DNA of 64,000 nt from Octopus vulgaris (Eukaryota), in NCBI GenBank assembly GCA_951406725.2, contig OX597835.1:24242001-24306000 (forward strand). The letters run 5' to 3'. Below are positions 56,831 to 64,000 of the stretch, piece by piece. Below the pieces are notes generated by a model. That model saw only the letters and a list, made by a program, of their open reading frames with translations, did no database searches and was not told where the DNA came from. Position numbers and translations under genes: made by a program. How positions within the stretch are numbered: position 1 is the stretch's first letter; every line of letters begins with the position of its first letter.

Positions 56831-57689
56831 TCATTTTTGAATTTGGTTTGCAATATTCTTTATGTGAGTCTGTGTGTTGAAGCATATTCTGCTGTGTCTG
56901 GGGAGAGTCATTCTCTTTCAATGCCTTATAACAACTATTAAAAAGGTTGCAAGATGCAATGAAAATTTTAGAAAAGTGAAAAAGAAATATATGGAAATTT
57001 TACCAGTGACTGTGTTAAATAATAAGGCACTAAAAGAGAATGGCTCTCCCCAGACACACCAGAATTATTATAATTATTTTTTTATTATCATTTCATTATA
57101 TGTAAACCTGAACACTTAATGTCTGTCTTTGTATTGTCCCTCTCATTCCTCACCCTTGTGACAAATAAATGAAATTATTATTATTATTATTTATATATTA
57201 ACATACTAAAGCAAGATGTGTTATGCTGTCATGTGGTTAGTTGAAGGGGGGGAGAGCAAAAGAAACAGGGAGAGAGAAGTGTTAATGACATGAGGTAGGA
57301 GGAAAGTATTAGTTATTACACTAAGACACTGTCAAGCGGTCAGTTCAAAGGAGGAATGAAAAGAAAGAGAGAGAGAGAGAGAAAGAGTGTGTTAGTGGTG
57401 AAAGGCAAAGGGAAAGGGTTTGCTATTATGTTGTGTGGTGAGTTAGCTGAAGAAAGAGGTAGAAAGTAAAGAGAAAAATCATCATCATCATCATCATTTA
57501 ACATCCATTGTCCATGCTGGGATGCGTTGGATGGTTTGACCAGAGCTGGCAAGATGGAAGGCTGCACCAGATTCCAGTCTGATTTGGCAAGGTTTCTATG
57601 GCTGGATGCCCTCCCTAATGCCAACCACCTTAATGAGTAGTATGCTGGGTGCTTCTATGTGGCACTGCACAGGTGCAGTATACCATGAG

Positions 57690-58370
57690 TACTTTTATGT
57701 GGCATCACATGGGTGCTTTTATGTGGCATTTCATGAGCACTTTTATGCTGCACCACATGGACACTTTTACACTGCACCACACAAGCACTTTTACACTGCA
57801 CTGCACAAGCACTTTTACACTGCACTGCACAGGCACTTTTACACTGCACCACACAAGCACTTTTACACTGCACCACACAAGCACTTTTACACTGCACAGG
57901 CACTTTTACACTGCACCACACAAGCACTTTTACACTGCACCACACAAGCACTTTTACACTGCACTGCACAGGCACTTTTACACTGCACCACACAAGCACT
58001 TTTACACTGCACCACACAAGCACTTTTACACTGCACAGGCACTTTTACACTGCACCACACAAGCACTTTTACACTGCACCACACAAGCACTTTTACACTG
58101 CACAGGCACTTTTACACTGCACCACACAAGCACTTTTACACTGCACTGCACAGGCACTTTTACACTGCACCACACAAGCACTTTTACACTGCACCACACA
58201 AGCACTTTTACACTGCACTGCACAGGCACTTTTACACTGCACCACACAAGCACTTTTACACACACACACAAGCACTTTTACACTGCACCGCACAAGCACT
58301 TTTACACTGCACTACACAAGCACTTTTACACCACACCTCACAGGCACTTCTACACTGCACCACACAGGCA
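57690..58370. repeat. 24-bp (with 19-bp variant) minisatellite GCACTTTTACACTGCACCACACAA
   Basis: Roughly 28 near-identical tandem units read directly. Confidence 0.95.
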
Positions 58371-59806
58371 ACTTGTGAAGTAAACACAGCAATGTCACTC
58401 AGCACACTGTCCCATGAAGGTCATTGTTTGCTCTCACTGCACATGCAACTGTGTGCTACCATCTGTTGGCATGCTACAGAACTAGTCTGAGAACTTTTTG
58501 ATACCACCTTGTACGTACATATGTAAACAAGTTGCAGGTTGTGAATCGAAGGAAGATTTGGCTGCTACTTCTACCATGGCTAGCTACCACATAGCAGTTT
58601 CCCACATTAGCTCATCACACACACACACACACACACACACAAAGACAGCAGGATATGAAATGAAAAGAGATTTGGCAGCAACTCAGCTGCTATTTCTAGT
58701 AGGTCAAAAGACCACATGACCGGCACCGACCCATCTTGAGCTTCTCCTCGTTGGTTCATTGTTGTACAGTAAGGGGTGAGAACGGGGTTAGAGATGTACC
58801 CAGGGGGGAAAATCGGGCTACCCCCAGGTTGATAGCTGTTCTTTCACAGATATTTTCTGCAAGATTTAACAACTAATGCCTGCTAATGTCTTTATCATGT
58901 GTTACCGTTTCCTTCCTCTTCTCCCTTATCATCATCATCATCTTACTGCCATCTCTCCAGGTCCCATGTTCTTCCCTTTGTCTCTACAGGAAAAATTTCC
59001 TTTTACAAGTTTTTTTTGTGTGTGGGGGGGTGGGGGTGAATGTTCCCCCATGCTTTTTTTTTCCAGTTCTTTTTGCTTGATTTTTGGTTTTTTAAAAAAA
59101 CTTTTTGTTGTTTTTGATCGCTGGTGTTGTTGTTGCTGTTGTAGCCGTTGCTGTTTATGCTGTAGTGTAAGTCTGTTGTTGATAAAGTTGTTAAAAAGGT
59201 CTTGTTTGTTGGCTCTTTATTTTTCAATTTTATTTTTCAGCTGAGAGAGAAAGAGAGAATGGGGGAGAGAGAGAGAGAATGGGAGAGAGAGAGAGACAGT
59301 GAGAGAGAGAAAGATTAAGGATGTTGTTGTTTTTAAATTTCACTTTGAAGCTCCAAACATGTTTCAGGTTCATGCAGTCAGGTTCATTTGAGATGTGTGC
59401 GTGTGCATGTGTGTGTAGGTGTAGATGTGTATGTCATTGTGTGTGCGTGTGTGGGTGTAGATATGTATGTGTATGTATATGTGTGTGCATGTATATGTGT
59501 CATTGTGTGTATATGTGTGGGTATGTATGTTTATGTATATGTGTGTGTGTGTAGGTGTAGAAGTGTATGTGCGTGTAAATGTGTGTGTATGTCATTGTGT
59601 GTGCGTTGTGGGTGGGTGTAGATATGTATGTGTATGTGGGTGTCTGTGAGCATATGTGTCTGTAGAAGTGTGTGTGTGTGTTGTATAGGTATAGATATGT
59701 ACATATATTATATGTGTGTGTACATGAGTATATCTCCGTGTATTTATAATGTGAGTATGTGCATGCATATGTATGTGTATATGTGTGAGTGTGTGTATGT
59801 GCATGC

Positions 59807-59856
<50 letters not shown>

Positions 59857-60794
59857 GTGTGCTTATGTGACTGTGGATATATCTGAATGCACACACACAC
59901 ACACACACATCAATGTGTCTCATGTATATATGTGTATAAGTGTTTGTTTAGGTGTGTGTATATGTGTGTGGGGGGAATGGTGCTTGTGTATGCATGTGTA
60001 TGTGTGTGCATAAGTGTACCTATGTGCTGGTGATTGCGTCTGAATATGCATGTACCTATGCGTAAATATGCGTGCATATATGTGCATGTGTACTTATGTG
60101 TATACGTATGTATGTGTGTGTATATATGTATGTATCTGTATTTATGTATGTGTATATGTATGTAAATGTGTGTGTGTTTGGCAAGGAGAAGAAACTAGTA
60201 CTACACCAACAACAACGGCAACAACATCAAACACCCTTCTTTATCAGGAATTACAAAATGGTAAAACTCACCCACCCGCCCATCTACCCACCCATCCACC
60301 TGCAGTGGAACCATTTAAATAAAAATATAAATAAACAGGGTGGAGAAGGAATGTTCTTAGAAAGAATTAGATTTGACAATTTTGCAACTTTGGCAACGGT
60401 CCATTGACTTCCAGGGTGGATAGACGGATGGATGGTGGTACAGAATGGTGTGGGGGGGGGGGGGGGAAAGAAATGGTAGAATGGTAGTGGTGATGTGGGT
60501 GGAAGTGGTGTGGAGGGGAAGTACTGCCCCCACCCCCACCCTCCTATGTTGTGAGTCTTATGCAGGACTGAATTTTTAGGGTGAGATACAAGTAGGGTAT
60601 TATCTCTGTGTACCTCATCCACCCTGAATCTTTGTATGTGCACAAAAAAGAAACGCGTACAAGTGCGCTTGTGTGTGTGTATGCTTACACATATGCACAC
60701 AAAGGTATATATGCATACAAAACCACAGCTATATGCAATGATACACGCACACACATACATGCAGTCTTCAATGCTTCACACATACACACATATA

Positions 60795-60830
<36 letters not shown>

Positions 60831-60985
60831 CAGAGATAGAGAGACAGACAGAAAGATAGATAGAGAGAGAGATAGAGAGATAGACAAACAGACAGACAGA
60901 CAAATAGACAGACAGACAGATGGAGAGATAGATAGACAGACAGATAGACGGATGGACAGATAGATAGATAGATAGATAGATAGAA

Positions 60986-61016
<31 letters not shown>

Positions 61017-61087
61017 TAGATAGACAGATGGAGAGATAGATCGATAGACAGACAGACAGACAAACAGACAAATAGACGGATGGACAG

Positions 61088-61120
<33 letters not shown>

Positions 61121-61174
61121 TAATAGATGTGTGGAAAGAGAAAGTGAGAAATATGTGCTGAGAGAGAGAGAGAG

Positions 61175-61205
<31 letters not shown>

Positions 61206-61682
61206 ATTAAGAGGGTGGGTATTGGTGAAAAATGAAGAGGATGAGAAGGAGGGAGAAGAAAGAGACAGATAGACAGAGTGAGGAAGTCTCCCTCTCACCC
61301 CCCTCTTTATTTTAATAATACATTGGGGAAGCAGTGGCCTCTCTTAAAGAAAAAGTGAGGGTAGGGATTAGTTTTGGGTCCCTGAAGACACATGGCAGAG
61401 CAAGTGTAGAGGTGAGAGTTGCCTTACAAATGAGAGGGGTCAAACATCAGAGTGTAGGATTTGGTGAAGTGTGGGTGGGGAATGGCGAGGGAGGAAGAAG
61501 GAGGGAGAGAGAGAGAAAGAGTACATGCCTACATGTGTTGAAACAACACAGACTGTGAAGGAGGAATGTGTATACATATATGCACACACACACACACACA
61601 TATATATATATACATATATATATATGCATATACACATATATACATATACACACATATATATATGTATATGTATATATATATG

Positions 61683-61714
<32 letters not shown>

Positions 61715-62884
61715 CGTATGTATATATATATATATACATATATATATGTGTGTGTGTATATACATATGTATATGTTGTATGTGTGTGTGTGTATATATGT
61801 ATGTGTGTATATATATGTGTATATGTATATATGCATATATATGTATATATATATGTGTGTGCGCGTGCATATATGTATACACCCATGTGTATATATATAT
61901 ACATGGGTGTGTGTATATATATATGTATGTGTGTGTATGTGCATATGGTTGTGTATATATATATATGTATATGTATATATATATGTATATGATGAATACA
62001 CACACACATTCTGTGAAGAAAAGGCTCTGCCCTAAACATTAAAATTTATGTCTTACTACCACCACCGCCACCACAAACCCCAAAACCACCACCAAGACAG
62101 CAACAACAATAACAACATGCAAAGTTATTCATGTTCCTATAATCTATATATTGTATGTAGTTTGGGACCACCATGTCCTCAGCATAGATGAAAGGGCCCT
62201 GTTGGGATTTGTCAACTTCTTGCTAAACCAAACTGATGTTCCATATGCGTGTATGTATGTGTGCGAGTGTGAGTGTGTGTATGTGTGTACGTGTGTGTGT
62301 GTGTGTGAATGTGAGAACCACTCACACGTTTGCTTTTTTGAAAATGTCTGTCGTCTGACCAAATATCTGGGTTGGTTGCTTTGACAACCACCAATGTTGA
62401 CAGACCCAGAACACACACACACTCACACAAGTACACACACACGTTTGTATGTGTGTAGAATTGCATGTGTGGCTTGGTGGTTAGCGTCTTCCACTCATGA
62501 CTGTACAATTATGGTTTCAATTCTTGGACTGGGTGATGCATTGTGTTCTTGAGCAAGACACTTCATTTCCCATTGTTCCAGTCCACTCATCTGGCAAACA
62601 TGAGTAAACCTGTGGTGGACAGGTGTCCTGTCCAGGAGGGGAATATACACACACCATAGAATCTGGTAAAATGTCCTTATTAGCCTATGGGTTGAGAAAG
62701 ACTCTTGATCATAGGCATGGCTGTGTGGTAAGAAGCTTGCTCCTCAATCATATGGTTCTGGTTTCAGTCCTAGTGTGTGACACCTTGGAAAAGTGTCTTC
62801 TACTATAGCCTCAGCTTGACAAAGGCCTTGTGAGTGGATTTGGTATACAGGAACTAAACAAAGCCCATCCAATGTGTGTGTATA

Positions 62885-63515
62885 TCATCATCATCATCGT
62901 TTAACATCCGTTCTCTATGCTAGCATGGGTTGGACGGTTCGACTGGGGCCTGGGAAGCCAGAAGGCTGCACCAGGCTCCAGTCTTATCTGGCAGTGTTTC
63001 TACAGCTGGATGCCCTTCCTAATGCCAACCACTCCATGAGTGTAGTGGGTGCTTTTTACGTGCCACCTGCACAGGTGCCAGGTGAGGCTGGCAATGGCCA
63101 CGGTCAGATTGGTGCATTTTACGTGCCACCGGCACGGAAGCCAGTCTAGGTGGCACTGGCATCGGCCACGATTCGGATGGTGCTTTTTACATGCCACCAG
63201 CACGGAAGCCAGTCGAGGCGACGCTGGCATCGGCCACGATTCGGATAGCGCTTTTTACGTGCCACCAGTCCAGGGATCCTGGCAACTGCCGGGTGCCAGT
63301 CATAGGATTGGTTCAATTTCGATTCCGATTTCGATTTCACTTGCCCCGACAAGTCTTCGCATGGGTGCCTGTTGTCGGATGAGGTTCGATTTCGACTTTG
63401 CTTGCCTCAACAGGTCTTTGTGTGTCCAAGGGAGGAAAGACATGCATAAGTGGGCTGGACTCACTTGTCCTGCCTGGTCTTCTCACGCACAGCATATTTC
63501 CAAACGTCTCGGTCG
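62885..63515 (-). mobile_element. RTE 3'-end repeat, longest copy (other copies ~3605-3950, 7330-7600, 8870-9055, 11880-12245, 14690-14875, 25470-25622, 31015-31325, 36455-36627, 55325-55625, 57480-57660)
   Basis: DRDVWKYAVREKTRQDK* ORF end, internal ~50-bp TGGCACGTAAAAAGCACC tandem units, GGTTGGCRTTAGGAAGGGCATCC core, (GAT)n tail. Confidence 0.8.
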
Positions 63516-63535
63516 CTATATATATATATATATAT

Positions 63536-63724
63536 ATGAAGAGGTGCTGAAAAGTTCCTGGTTTTTAGGGTATTGCGAAAGGCCTGGTTGGAGGCCTAAC
63601 CTTCTGAGTTCTTTCACAGGGCTTAGAAAAACTGAAGGACTGCTGCAATAAGTGTGTGAATCTGAGAGGGGAATATGTTGAGTAAAATCCTGTATTTTCT
63701 TTTACCTAAAGCCAGGAACTTTTG

Positions 63725-63725
<1 letters not shown>
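63536..63725. mobile_element. Mariner-like MITE remnant (solo TIR also at ~8840-8870)
   Basis: GAAGAGGTGCTGAAAAGTTCCTGG ... AAAGCCAGGAACTTTT, embedded in (TA)n. Confidence 0.55.
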
Positions 63726-63774
<49 letters not shown>

Positions 63775-64000
63775 GTGTGTCTTTGTGTCAGTGTTTGTTA
63801 CCCACACCACTTAACAACTGGTGTTGGTGTGTTTACATCCCTGTAACCTAGCAGTTCACCAAAACAACTGACACAATAAGTACCAGGTACAAACAAAACA
63901 AGAACAGGGGTCAATTCATTCAGCTAAAAATCCTTTACGGTGGTGCCCCAGGATGGCCACAAGTAAAACATAAAAGATAGCACAGTGGATAAAATGCTTT

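Noticed and set aside
57606-58490. 294-aa and 244-aa His/Thr-rich ORFs, and a CRISPR-like periodic array
   Set aside because: These are translations of a 24-bp minisatellite. There are no unique spacers, no cas genes, and the context is eukaryotic.
45296-64000. Search for the upstream NT5C2 exon (YPNKFI...NTLFNLP) and the motif I exon
   Set aside because: No match found by eye. CCAG|GTACGT at ~45315 is not preceded by FNL codons and is too close to the acceptor.

Overview
AT-rich, microsatellite-saturated animal genomic DNA. The SINE/LINE repertoire resembles an octopus (coleoid cephalopod) genome; this is an inference from repeat families. The only well-supported protein-coding gene is a cytosolic purine 5'-nucleotidase (NT5C2/cN-II orthologue) on the minus strand. 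Twelve GT-AG exons from 45295 down to the stop at 1697 join in frame (1229 nt, about 409 aa). The N-terminal ~160 residues were not found and probably lie beyond position 64000. The introns contain three tRNA-headed SINE families, many 5'-truncated RTE LINE 3' ends, an R4/Dong-like endonuclease fragment, TTAA-type and Tc1/mariner MITEs, a non-autonomous Helitron and minisatellites. Nearly all ORF-track entries are microsatellite or repeat artefacts. The most striking unexplained signal is at least a dozen minimal type I hammerhead-ribozyme-like motifs from several sequence families. Many sit in a repeated 'inverted arm - ribozyme - arm' foldback architecture reminiscent of Penelope-like pseudo-LTRs and retrozymes. 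One has a fully canonical core and lies in the sense orientation of the NT5C2 pre-mRNA (47519-47564). All structures were read by eye and need computational and biochemical confirmation.
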